Notes: generated from the sequence alone by a model not told the origin. Positions 40,478 to 52,618 are shown, numbered from the whole stretch's first letter. The stretch: DNA of 62,800 nucleotides, filler included, from Bipalium vagum (GCA_037834085.1; 3 parts of 3 records of this genome joined end to end with filler, not necessarily neighbours in it); one strand, 5' to 3'. Numbers and translations: made by a program.

Positions 40478-41329
40478 CTTTATTTTAAAAATTTTTTTTA
40501 TTAATATCAAAACAGTGATAACTTGAAATTCACCATCAAAAACAGTCTGAGAAAACATTGAAAATATGAAGCTAATGTGAGCAATTATTATAAAAAACTT
40601 TTACATAAGATTGGTTGAGCAGGTATATATTTAAATAATTAGAATATCACATGGAATTTATTAAGATTTTAATAATGCTTCAGTTGATGTCTAGCAGATA
40701 TATTGCACGGCCCATGGTTTATTTCCGCTTTTTAATGCCAATTTAGAGACACGCTAATGAGGATTAATGATAGTGAATTATTTTAGTTAATTGTGGTGTA
40801 AATTTCGATTGTAAAATCATTTTGTTTTACTGTTTATAAATGAAATAATTATATTCAAAAAATAAATAATTTTGAAAGAAACTGAATTAAAATAAATAAT
40901 TTTCTAATGTAATTTTCTAATGTAAAATAATAAGAAGAAAATTAAAGTTTTGACAATTATCTTAAATAAAACAAAAAAATTAGTTAAATTAACCTCATAA
41001 AAATGTGGAAATTTTTCACAAAAAATGACAGAATCCATGTGAAATGTTGAGGGTAGCGCAAAAATTTCCGTTTTGAGGTTATTGAAAATAAATTAAAATA
41101 ATAAAACAGTGTAATCTCAATTTTTTTTAAATTAAGAAATATATAAGGAATATCTTCCACTGCGTTTGATAACATGTTCTGCATGCTTTAGCAACTTGTG
41201 GTTTACCTCTTGTCCTACAGTTGGAGTTGGAGTATTAGGAAAATTAACGATATTTTCTTTGAACAGGAAGTAGTACTGAAATCTTGTATTTAACTGATAA
41301 GTTTCCTTATTTCTGAGAATGAGACGATT

Positions 41330-42307
41330 TTATCATATTAAAAACAAGACTATGCAGATAGTTTAATAAGATAATTCCAACATATTTGGTGAAGGGATTT
41401 ATATGAATTTTGATTTATATGAAGGCTTTATCACAAATCAGTCAATTATTCAGATTCAGGTGGTCAGATGTATTTTTGAGAACTCAATATTTTCGGAAAG
41501 TTATTTCCGTTTTTACAATGTCTAAGACGTCAATTAAAAAATAAAGTTGTAACTTTCCGAACAACTTAATAAGATCATTTCATCTAAATAATCATTTATT
41601 ATTATATATACACAAATGCTCAATTTAAACATTAAGAAGTCGTCATATTTTGGAAGAATCCAATATCCTTGAACTGTCACAGCTCTATCCATAGGTCCTC
41701 ACTTCTTTATATTATTAATTTATTAGGAAATTTTCAAATAAATTCAATTTTGCCAACTACATTCACGTTCTTGTTTGGATCCCACCTTGAGAGCATATTG
41801 ATACTTACCTGGAAAATTGCATTGCGATTTTCTTTGTGACCATCTGATACCAGATATGATACTCACCTTTCTGTATTCAGAAATTTAAACCAAATTTTTC
41901 ACGGAGAATTTTTTAAACTGACTTTTCAATGAAATTTGTAAAGCTTATCAGATTTAACAGTGAAACAAAACCATTTTCATCAAATACTTTTTTCACCAAA
42001 ATATTGTTCACAACAATGGATGACCTTCCTGAACGATAATTTCTTTAGTAGTTTCTTTCCTGCCTACACATAAATCTACAACGTTTTCTAACTTTCTTTC
42101 ATAACATTTTTATCTCTCAACCCTTTGATCATGTATAGAAAAGCATTAATGACAGAATAGACATTATAGTCCAATTGTATCAATCCATTATTTAACGTTT
42201 TCTGAAGTCATAAATAAATAAATTTAATTCAGAATAAAAATATTTCAATTGAAAAAATGATAAAACTTCCCTCCCAAAAACGATAATTTTTTCCAGTACC
42301 CCTTATG
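41330..42307 (-). mobile_element. decayed Tc1/mariner element
   Basis: Terminus TAAGGGGTACTGGAAAAAA; HTH-like RSGRS motif near 42030; degenerate P..SPDL..D motif near 41450. Confidence 0.55.
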
Positions 42308-43662
42308 AAAGTGATTTGTCTAAAGACTTCATAGTCTGATAGTCTGGATCACTTGACTGTCTCAAAACAGAAGAACTAATCATTTTTAAAGATTGTCATT
42401 TTAAGATATCTTAAAGGTTTAATTCTTAAATGGTGTCAGATAATTTATTGGTCTATCAACGCTCAAATGTAAAAACCAATGTTAAAAACATAATTTCCAG
42501 AAATATTATTGTTAATACCCAACATTTTTAAAAAATATATCAATTTGAAATATTGAAAACTAAAATAATTATTTGAAAAAAGTTTAAATTAAATTGAAAT
42601 ATTAAAACAAAAAAATATAGTTATTTATATTATTACTTAATTAAATACTTACACAAAAACGTAATTATTGATATTTAATAAGAAAATCTAGTTTTAGAAT
42701 GAAAAAAGACAGAAAAACAATCTGGTTTAAATAAAATCATTAAAAATTATAATGAAAATTAAAACAAAAAAATTATTTTAATTTCTCAATTAAAAATAAA
42801 TAAGATTATTAAAAACAAACTAATAATTCATATCAATTAACAACAGCATAATTTAATTTATTAATATTTTTAAACAATTGACATGTTTCTTTATGAAATT
42901 AAATTCATTTAAGTATCGTCTGCGTAGCAAAAAATATAAAAACATTAAAAATATAAAGTAAAATATATCAAAATCAATTTATATTGGACGTTTTTAACAG
43001 TTAAAATTCAGGAAATAAATTGAAAAATTAAATTTTTTGTAAATCAATAGAAAATAATTTTTATTTATACGATTTAGAATTCAACATAAGAATATAAGTG
43101 TAGAATTTAAGGAAAATTTAATATGGGTTCTATGATAGGATATTGAGTTTGGGTTATAAATCCATTCTCACTCCATTGTGTGGTTATTTTAGTTGCACCA
43201 GACTGTTTATTAGCGAAATTTAACTCCAGTGGAAATTTTTGTTATAATGTTAGTTTTGGTAAATGAAACCATATATTTTTATTTTTTAAATAACATAAAC
43301 CAGGTAATTTTTCTAAATTATTGTTTAATTAATTTTTGTTTGACACAAGTCATTAACATTTGGAAAGATAAATTAGAAAATATTTGTTGGGAAAAGTGGT
43401 TTGCTAAACTGTTTTTTTAAAAATTTTTTTTCCACCATTTATATATATTATATTTTCTCTAATCAATTCATTAAAACAAAAATAGGGGAATTAATTTTCT
43501 GATATTTTTTAATTTAATATTCTTTATTCAATTGCTAAAAATGTTATCTAATTAAGTTGGTCGTCTTGAATATTAAAATCTGTGGAAAAATTTTAGTTAT
43601 AGTAGTTTTTGGTAAAAGCTGTGAAAAATGGAATTTTTAAATAAAATAAATATAATTATATA

Positions 43663-43762
43663 NNNNNNNNNNNNNNNNNNNNNNNNNNNNNNNNNNNNNN
43701 NNNNNNTTAATTAATTAANNNNNNNNNNNNNNNNNNNNNNNNNNNNNNNNNNNNNNNNNNNN
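43663..43762. other. artificial assembly spacer (44 N + TTAATTAATTAA + 44 N)
   Basis: Identical format to 20255-20354. Confidence 0.97.
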
Positions 43763-43921
43763 TCAATATGAAAACAAATTTATATTAATAAAACAAATTT
43801 TCCTTTATTAATTCATACTGCAAAAATTAAGTTTCATAAGCCGCCATTAATTTCTTTACAACCTAATAATAAAAAAATATTTTTCAAAAAAAAGGGGAAA
43901 TTTTTTCTTATTAATTATTAA

Positions 43922-44440
43922 TGGAGAAATCCCGCCGTGGGGATTATTTTTCATGGGATCAGGCTAATGGATTTCTGTCAGGAGACTATCTCGGCGTGGA
44001 GATAGTAAGAGGCTATTAGGGAAAATAGCCGTCTCTGAGCATATGGATTGGTGATCGTAGACTAATCTCTACGCCTATAAAAGGAGACGGCTATTCCTGT
44101 TAATAGCAGAGAAATCAGTACGCCAATAAGCAGAAAAATCAGTACGTCAATTCCGAAATAATTAATGATGATGCAGCCGAATCGATAAACACCCCTTGTC
44201 GCTCTTGGTGAGACCGATTTGTTGATTTCTGTTTTTCATTTTTCTTCAATTTTATTATCAATTTATTATTATTATTCAATTCGAATTCAGCCCTAGCAGG
44301 ATTTTGGGTTATCCATAATAACGTTTTGTATTTTTTGTGATCGATTTACCATTGTAATCGCTGTATTAGTACGAATAAAGTTTTATTTTAAAGATTTCGA
44401 ATTTGTTTTTAAGGGTGCGGATACAGTATAGTGGAGGGTG
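43922..44440 (+). mobile_element. LTR-like segment (TG...CA, ~504 bp) with PBS-like sequence, rich in dyad symmetry
   Basis: GC-rich island; TATAAAAG 44076; AATAAA 44374; ends TACA 44425; followed by TAGTGGAGGGTG, similar to the complement of tRNA-Ala 3' end (TGGTGGAGGATG); several perfect hairpins. Confidence 0.5.
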
Positions 44441-44544
44441 TTTTAAATTAAAAAGGGTTGAGAGGGATTTCGAACACAACGAGTTATAAAAGTGGAGTCA
44501 CGAGCAGACGAGCACACGTTGCTACGTTTCAGTATAATAGTAAC

Positions 44545-44897
44545 ATATCTGAAAAAAAGTCAATTAATTACATTGAACTTTTAGAAGATGTTTTAATTAG
44601 TTTTTTGGATAATAATTTGGATGACAATTTCATATTTCAACCGGATTTCAACATTCCATTCCATGTTTCCAAACATACAGAAATGTGATTTTCCAATAAC
44701 CAAATACCTTTATTTGAATAGCCTGCGTGCACTCCGGATTTTAACCCAATCGAAAACCTCTATGGTATCCCAGGTCGAAATATTTATGCAGATGATCGTC
44801 AATGTGATACTGTTTAGCAGTTAAGAAAATCAACTGATGAATGTTAATAAATTAAAAAATTTTAGTGGTGCGTAAAATTATATATGTACTACTGTAT
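44545..44897 (+). mobile_element. Tc1/Tc3-like transposase 3' relic
   Basis: SINYIELLEDVLISFL...FIFQPD...HVSKHT...PACTPDFNPIENLYG...IYAD.RQ; ends ACTG-TA. Confidence 0.85.
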
Positions 44898-45289
44898 ATA
44901 TACAGAGTTACCGTTACAGTTTTCTTTTTTAATTTATTCTGATTTTATGAGAACATATTTGGATCGAAAACCATTTTAAAGTATACTTTGGAAAACATCA
45001 GAAGATTTTTTATCGTGACAAGTTCTTCAATTGGTTCAAGTTTCTTTTTTTTATAATTTTAATAATTTTTTCAAAAAAGAAGTATGAAAATATAAAAATA
45101 TCTCATAAAAGCTTTGAGGTGGAATATTTACCAGTATTCAGCAGAACTGCTTCTTCAAACTTATAATTAATTAATATTGGTATAATTAAAACAAAAAATT
45201 ATGGTCTTAATTATAAAAAACAAAATTATACAGAGAGAGAAATTTATTTATACAAATAATTTTATTAATACACTGACAAAATTCTGATC

Positions 45290-45638
45290 TCAATTTTCTA
45301 TCGGTACTTTCCATATTAAAATGCCCAAATCCTTAACTTTAATATGAATAAATGCTCCTGGTTCATGGCTCAAATATGAACCATAAGCATCTTTATCAAC
45401 AATGACATTCCAAGATCTTTGATAAATTTCATCCATGACGAGTTTGATTTTCTTTGCTAGTGAATCTAAATCACCTTGGGTTTCTACGGCTTCGGAGCAT
45501 ATTTTCAAGCAAAATTTACGCAAATCCGCAGAATTAGTCGGATCTTCATCTATGATATATAACTCATATGATTTCAAGATGTTTGAATTGTGATCCAGTG
45601 GCAAATCTGGTTCATATTTTCTTTCATCGATTTTTCTC
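45290..45638 (-). CDS. TAL protein, exon 3 (dynein-light-chain-like domain); spliced product 185 aa
   Basis: tttaag|G AGA; LAKKIKLVMDEIYQRSWNVIVDKDAYGSYLSHEPGAFIHIKVKDLGILIWKVP aligns with LC8 ([30 protein letters not shown]) and with the TAL W(R/K)xP ending. Confidence 0.93.
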
Positions 45639-45691
45639 CTTAAATATAAAGGACAATAAAAAGAATTCAATTTATTAATGAAAATATTAAC

Positions 45692-45786
45692 TGATAAGGT
45701 ACAGTAGGAATAAGTCCTAATACATCGCAAAACTTTTCCAAGCTTATAACTCCAGAATCGTCGGCATCAAATATACACAACCATTT
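45692..45786 (-). CDS. TAL protein, exon 2 (second EF-hand)
   Basis: ctttag|AAA TGG; KWLCIFDADDSGVISLEKFCDVLGLIPTVPY-CA|gttaat; the phase-2 donor is the only one that keeps frame with exon 3 (53-nt intron). Confidence 0.9.
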
Positions 45787-46328
45787 CTAAAGTAAATTAT
45801 TATCATTGTTTTTATTATATTATATAAATTATATTATTATTAATATCATTCATTACTAGTATAATTTTTATTATTGTTGATATTATTTATCATTATTTAT
45901 TAATAATATTATTAAGATTCAAAGTTATGTACTCAAAAATGAATAAAAACAATTAACGGTACAAATATTCATTAACTAATTATTAATACTTTAAAGACGT
46001 ATAATATTTGAAGAGGTTTCTGATAGATCTAAATATCCACGATTCATTTTTGTACAGTTTTTAAATTAAATAATAAAACCAATTATGATAAACATAATAC
46101 TTTTTTTTAAAACAAAACTTTATCTTGAATCTTATTTTCATTTTTTCATTAATAAATTATAAAATCGTAATAATTTCCTTAAATAATTAACAAAAGAAAA
46201 CTGTTAATTATTGATTGATTTTTAATTTATTCTGAAAATCAATAAAATATAAAAAATGATGTGCATGATAATAAAACGTTTAACTGTTAATTAAAATATT
46301 TAATAATTTTTTTTTAATTATATCTTAC

Positions 46329-46442
46329 CTCAACGAAAACGGGTTTGTAATTTTTCAGACGCATATATCGAAACAGTTCATCTTTTGTTATTTGTCCGGT
46401 ATTGTCGCTGTCGATTTCCTCAAATGCTTTAATAAAGTCCAT
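46329..46442 (-). CDS. TAL (tegumental-allergen-like; EF-hand + dynein light chain-like) protein, exon 1
   Basis: ATG at 46442; MDFIKAFEEIDSDNTGQITKDELFRYMRLKNYKPVFVE|gtaaga; canonical EF-hand loop DSDNTGQITKDE. Confidence 0.93.
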
Positions 46443-48385
46443 TTAATTGAAATAAATTATTATTATTATTATAATAAAAATGAGCCAATTTCACTAGTAT
46501 AATATTTTCCGATCAGTTTTTGAACACGTTCTTCTTCGTTGATATATTTAAAATTCAGAATTCAGCACACCGATTGTTTTATTATCTGATCGGAAGTTAA
46601 GATCAGAATTCTATTGTATTTTTGCCAGCAAATTGTTTCAACAATGTCATTTAATTTTTGTCTATTATATTTTTATGCAATCTTGTTCATTATAAATTTA
46701 GATCAAATGAGTCTGTAAAAAATATTTTATTTATTTATTTATTGGAACAAAAATATTTTTATTATTTTTTCTTACTCTAAGGAAATGGCATAATTTTATA
46801 AAAAGATGTGCATAAATTATAAATATTTTTATTTGTTTTAAACTTAAAAATGGTAAAATTTTCAATATGAGACTGACGTATATGCGCAATTTATATAACA
46901 TGGCAACATTTTAATCCAAAGGATAAAAAAAGGATATGGATAATAATGTAAATTAGAAAAATCTTCAAGTTGCCTACCCATATAGACTTAGGATCACAAA
47001 CTTTGATTCTTCAAATAAAGAAAGAACTTCAATAAATCTTAAATATATTACCGATAATTATTGGTAATTATATATAATAAATAATAATTATAATAAATAT
47101 TATCTCTTTTTCATTTGTCTTCAGAAGGTTGCACAAATTTAAGAAAGCACCATGCCTCTAAACCTTTAATATTAAAAAAATTATAATTAGCTGTCTACGT
47201 ATAATGTCTTATTTCTGCTGTCATTCAAATCTGTGTACTCTACGAAGTGATGTAAAACTAATGCAATACATTTCCTGTCACTGAATTTTTTCTGATTGTT
47301 AATTTACTAAAAATGGTAAATACAAATAAATGTAAGGAGTATGCTTATCGTAAGAGGAAAATTTTTGGTTTAGTAATTCATTTGTTGGTAAAAAATATTC
47401 TGCATTGAATCATGAATCAATAATTTTGAACGAAATGTTGATGTTAATTGGAAGTGATCGGCCTAGAATATTAGAAAATAAATAATTTCTGAAAATGATA
47501 TCAGAGAAACTAATTCAACTTGAAATGATTACAAAACCAATGTGTAGATGTTCTATGGGTTAAGGAAGAAAAAAAATAGATAGATTTTCCTTTACAATTT
47601 CAATTCTTAATTCGGTCAACTGAGAATTATTAAAACAAAATTTTTAACCTAGTAGATCAGTACAATCTGAAAAGAGCTCCCAACCATTTCAAAGCACGTT
47701 TTATCCAAATCTGTTTGTGTAACCATTAATTTAAAATAGGAAATTATGTAATGAATTATTCTATCAAATTAAACGGAAAAAAGCTTACAATAAAATAATA
47801 CATATTATTATACCAAAGCTGATAACATTGATGCAAATAGCAGTAAAATTGTAACCGGAAATAGAACGGAAGTAATTTAATGTATGAATAATAAAAGAAG
47901 ATTTTAAGATACTGAGATGATATTGCTAATCAGAAATAAAGGAGTTAGTAAAATGATCTTCATGATTCAATACATGATCTCAACATAATGATGGATACAA
48001 AATTGAGATCAATATCAAATAAAACAAGACTCTGTAAGGTATGACAAAAATTGAATTTCAAGAAATGAAAACAATATAAATAAAAGATTACCAAGTTTCA
48101 TACAATAATAATACGATTGGTTATTTTTAAAAAATTTATTCAAAATTTAATCCTTTTGTTTTACAATTAAATTGTAAATCAACGAGGAACTGTTCCGAAT
48201 ACTTTTAGATATCTTAAAGAGAAATTAAAATTTTTAAAAAACTAAATTGATTATAATTTTAGTTGCACATAAAAAAAGAATATAAAATTTGCACACTGAT
48301 TAGTTTTGGAACTGGTGACTTACTTTTGGTTGATGTGAGTACTGTAGGGGGTTATACGCATCAAAGAATTATTCATATTATGAAA

Positions 48386-48520
48386 TAGAGGGGTCCATAA
48401 AAATGTCGTTTATTTAAAACAGTATTTAGTGACACAAAATGCATAATAATATATTTATGTACTGCAATAATATGTACCTAAATATTTTGCTTTTTAAAAA
48501 CATTTTTACGGACCCCTCTG
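48386..48520. mobile_element. MITE (135 bp) derived from a Tc1/mariner element
   Basis: 21-bp TIRs TAGAGGGGTCCATAAAAATGT / ACATTTTTACGGACCCCTCTG (2 mismatches), TA on the right flank, AT-rich non-coding core. Confidence 0.85.
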
Positions 48521-49631
48521 TATTTATAGTTATATATAAATTATTAATTTTACTATGAAATTTTAAGAAAATTTCTATCTAGACAGAAAAATATTTATGT
48601 AAATTAAATTAATTAACCTGAGGTACCAAAATTGTGAAATTTGAAAAAGTGGCTGGAAATAAATTTCATTAAAATATATTCATGAAACGTAGAAAAATTA
48701 ATGGAAATTATGAAAAATGTTTGAGACAAAAATAATGCCGGAGAAAAGTGATAAGATCAGTCGACAGATACAAGCAGATTTTTTTATTAACCAAGGGCAA
48801 TCGAGTAGCGTAGGGGCTCGACGCTAATGACTCACCAACAAAAAATAAACCTAGTGATTCCATACTGGGATCTGATTCGTTAAGTACCTGGTTGCTCTTA
48901 AATACGTTTTCAGAATAAACTCTCATAGTGTGTATGGTTACCATATCTTTAACTCGAACATCACATTTTATCTTGTAATTTAAGGATGACATGAGCACCA
49001 ACACCTTGATTCTTTTGTACATTTTCACTGGGATGCCATCTCCATCAGCTTTACCCTTTAATTAAATTCTTTCCATACTGGGGCACACTTAATGATGATC
49101 CTGCTTGAGATGTTTATATTAAGTTTATTACTTAATTTTAATAATAAACCCAAATATTACAAATAACAATAATTAGATTTCAAAAACAATGTAATTTTAT
49201 TAAGAGTTAAATACAGTCAAAATCTTAATGAATCTGAATAAATTTCACTTACAAAAATTAATTTTTCACTAAATTAAAATATTTTCAGGTTTGAACAACC
49301 AATTCTCTGCTATATTTAACTCGTTTTAACATTTACGAAAAACTTCTTGTCTCGAAATGCTTCCCTTTCCCGGTCGAAAACCAGACGAGAAAGTAATTAC
49401 CCCCTTTTCGCCCATGACATTTGGAAATGTTGAAATGTGAAAATATTTGATGTGAAATGTCAGCGATATGTCATTGTAAATGTCAAACTGAGTACGTAAA
49501 ACATTAAATTATTTGTAAGAAATTAACATTAAAAATAGTTCCCCAATTATCACTACCAGCAACAAGTACGATTAAATGATATCATGTATGATCCTGCGCA
49601 AAAATGAACGATTAAAACCGTTAAAAAAACG

Positions 49632-49635
<4 letters not shown>

Positions 49636-49707
<72 letters not shown>
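49636..49707. repeat. (TAT)n microsatellite
   Basis: About 24 perfect units. Confidence 0.95.
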
Positions 49708-49709
<2 letters not shown>

Positions 49710-49845
49710 AAGAGAACACTTCATCGTTTCAAAAACAAAAAATTAACAACATTATACAATATTAAATTTCGCGGGAAAACCAAAATAATATTAAAAAATC
49801 AAAACATCTCCAATTAAAGATTAAAAAGCACAAGCAAGAGAGAAT

Positions 49846-50022
49846 TTATTGAAAACATAATTGTGGGGTTTGAGTTGCGTTACCAAGTTTGAAAAGACAG
49901 ACCTTGGACAATGATGGGGACTCTTGGCATTTTATTTGTTGTTCTGGTAAAGATTTATACGTAGAAGAAACGGGACAGGACGAAGATCGCGTTTGTATAG
50001 TTGAATCTGATAATTTATTGTG
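49846..50022 (-). CDS. ZC3H10: ZC3H10-like, probable last or penultimate coding exon
   Basis: tgtttag|CAC, phase 0 matches the upstream donor; HNKLSDSTIQTRSSSCPVSSTYKSLPEQQIKCQESPSLSKVCLFKLGNATQTPQLCFQ*; internal donors after 49903 and 49884 are possible. Confidence 0.65.
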   Translation of the reverse strand, partial: HNKLSDSTIQTRSSSCPVSSTYKSLPEQQIKCQESPSLSKVCLFKLGNATQTPQLCFQ

Positions 50023-52618
50023 CTAAACAAATGAAAAATTTTTATAAATAAAATCGATCAATTTTAAAAAAAATTAATTGACCAAAATATTTTTAAATTA
50101 ATAAATTTCAATAATAATAATAATAATAATAATAATTAAAAAATAAATAATTTGACAATTCCAATGAATTTTTAAAATCTAATTCATCTTTATTTACAAT
50201 AATTATTTATTTGTCTGTTTTTAATAATAAATTCAAATATTCAATTTCATTTTTCAATTGATTAAATTTTAATAAATGTGAATGACAGAATAAATATAAT
50301 TACAAAATAAATAGATAATAAAAATTGCTTTATAATATATAAAAATATAAATAATAAATTTAAAAATTATTTTAATTTAATAATAGTTCTCCATACTCAA
50401 AAAATAAATTAAAGATAAATCATTGTTGATTAAAATAATATTTAATTAATTTATAACAATATCAATAAGTTTAAAATCCATAAATAATAATAAATTAAAT
50501 TAAAAATTTTTTTTCTAACACATAATTTTTGATTATAAAACATCAATGAATTTCAATTCCATATTTATTTATTGATTATTTATTTATTGTAAGTATAAAA
50601 TATAACTATAATATAATTAAAATCATTACTATTATAAGAATTTTTAAAAAGATTTGCACTTAATTTTTAAATATTAGTTATATTTTTTTTAGTTATTTAG
50701 TTTTTAAATTTTTTATATTATTTTAGAATTATAATTTCCCATGCTCCCCTTATAATTTAAATATCCTTTCATTTCCAATAACAAAGAGATTTATAACGCT
50801 TTCGAAATTATCATACAAAATTTTGATTTTTAATAACAAAGTAATTTTAAGAAAAAACTTGTAATTATTCACTGCGATCACTGAAATCACTTAATGAAAA
50901 TGGAAGAGATTAAGCTGGAATATGAAATCATAGAGAAAATGTCAAGTGTGTAATCTTAATAGTCTCGTGGGTAAAGTAAGTATCACATTTCTCAAACCAT
51001 AATACAATTAATAATATTGTTGTTCTGAAGACTATTATTAACTTTTCCATTAAGGAAAATTAAGAACAGGATTAATGGTAAAAAGATTACATTACCAATT
51101 TAACAATATCAGTGAATGATAAACTCAAAGTTTATGGATTTTGATGATATTTTATTATTTTATGAAAATGGTTTTGTCCTTTGCGCTTTTAATCAAAATC
51201 AAAAGTATATAATGCATTTTAAAATTTCATTCTTAAATTTAAAAATCGATTTTGTTTTTCTTATTAAAATCAAAATGAATTGGTTTTTAATTGAATATAA
51301 GCATGAAAAACAAATACATTGTACGTGTCAAAGAATTTTTGGAATAGATATAAATAAAATGTTTTATGCCTTGTCAGAAAATTGTATTCAAAACTATAAA
51401 CGATAAAAATTATTATTATTCAATTGTTTTTCATACCATAAGCACATAATGAGGATATCAGTGATATTTAGTAAGATTTTTTTATTTTGAGTAAATATTT
51501 TATCATTTTTAGATGAAATTTTTTACGTATTCTATTTAAATTATGAAAAATAATGTTGAACTTTTATTAAAATTTCAACGAAAACCAAATAGGAACGACA
51601 AAACATAAATATTTAATTTTTTATGGACACACTCAAACCAAAATTATTTGTTTAGGTGTTAATTAGTCTAGAGGTACTAAATAATTCCAATTTACATTGT
51701 GCTTCTATGTCCTTCAAGTTTGGAATGAAAAAGCTCAATTTATATATTAATCGATTTTTATGAAATGAACTTTTAATACTTTTAAAAAATATAGATGAAA
51801 TTGCAAATTTATAATTTAAATAAACCGTCTTTTTTATAAATATTGATAAAATAAATTAATTTAAATTAATGATCAAACTGTGCATTTTTACTATCATTGA
51901 AAGAACATTTTGTTAAAAAATTGATGCGAACAAAATTATAATAATTTTAACAAATAAATAGAAAAAATTATTTAAAAAAAAACGATAGACAACCAATTTA
52001 AAACAAGGATAAATAAAGTCTGATCTTTATAAAATGTGAAGGAAATGAACATGTCTTCTAAACACAAAAACAATTCCAACTCGTAGAGTGACACGAAAAT
52101 ATCATTATAAATATAAATTTTATTTCAACAAACAATTGACAACATTTTATATGGGTAAAGGAAAAATAAAGTAACTATTTAAGCAGATTGTGTACAATCT
52201 AGTATTATGCACATATACCAATTTAGGATCGATAAACATTCCAATTGTCATTATTCCTTTCTTGATATTCATAAAATTAACTGTTTAATATTTTTAGGAA
52301 TTATTCTCGTTCAAAGAATCAATAATATTAATGAATATTAAAAAATTAAAATATCGGTAAAATTTATTTCTTAAAAAAATTAATAAATCGAAAATCTTTG
52401 AACATAATATTATCTCATAACGTTCTTCAAATCATATTTGAACGTAAAATTTTCGATAAAATTTACAGTAGAAAATCTTGTTTATTGATTGATTATTTAA
52501 TTTAATTGATGTTTTATAATTATTTAACTTATTTTTTCAATAAATAAATAACATAATCAAGAATAATTAAAGTTGATGAAATGAGATAAATATACATGAT
52601 AACTACCAAAAGACTAAC

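Noticed and set aside
41150-41260. RGKPQVAKACRTCYQ on the minus strand as a piggyBac cysteine-rich domain
   Set aside because: Only one CxxC and no other piggyBac motif or TTAA-flanked terminus identified
46895-46908. TAACATGGCAAC as an RFX X-box upstream of the TAL gene
   Set aside because: Only one half-site matches and similar AACATGGC strings occur elsewhere (23524, 36273) without genes
48708-49028. 106-aa minus-strand ORF as an independent gene
   Set aside because: No recognisable domain, crosses apparent splice donors, better explained as ZC3H10 3' region
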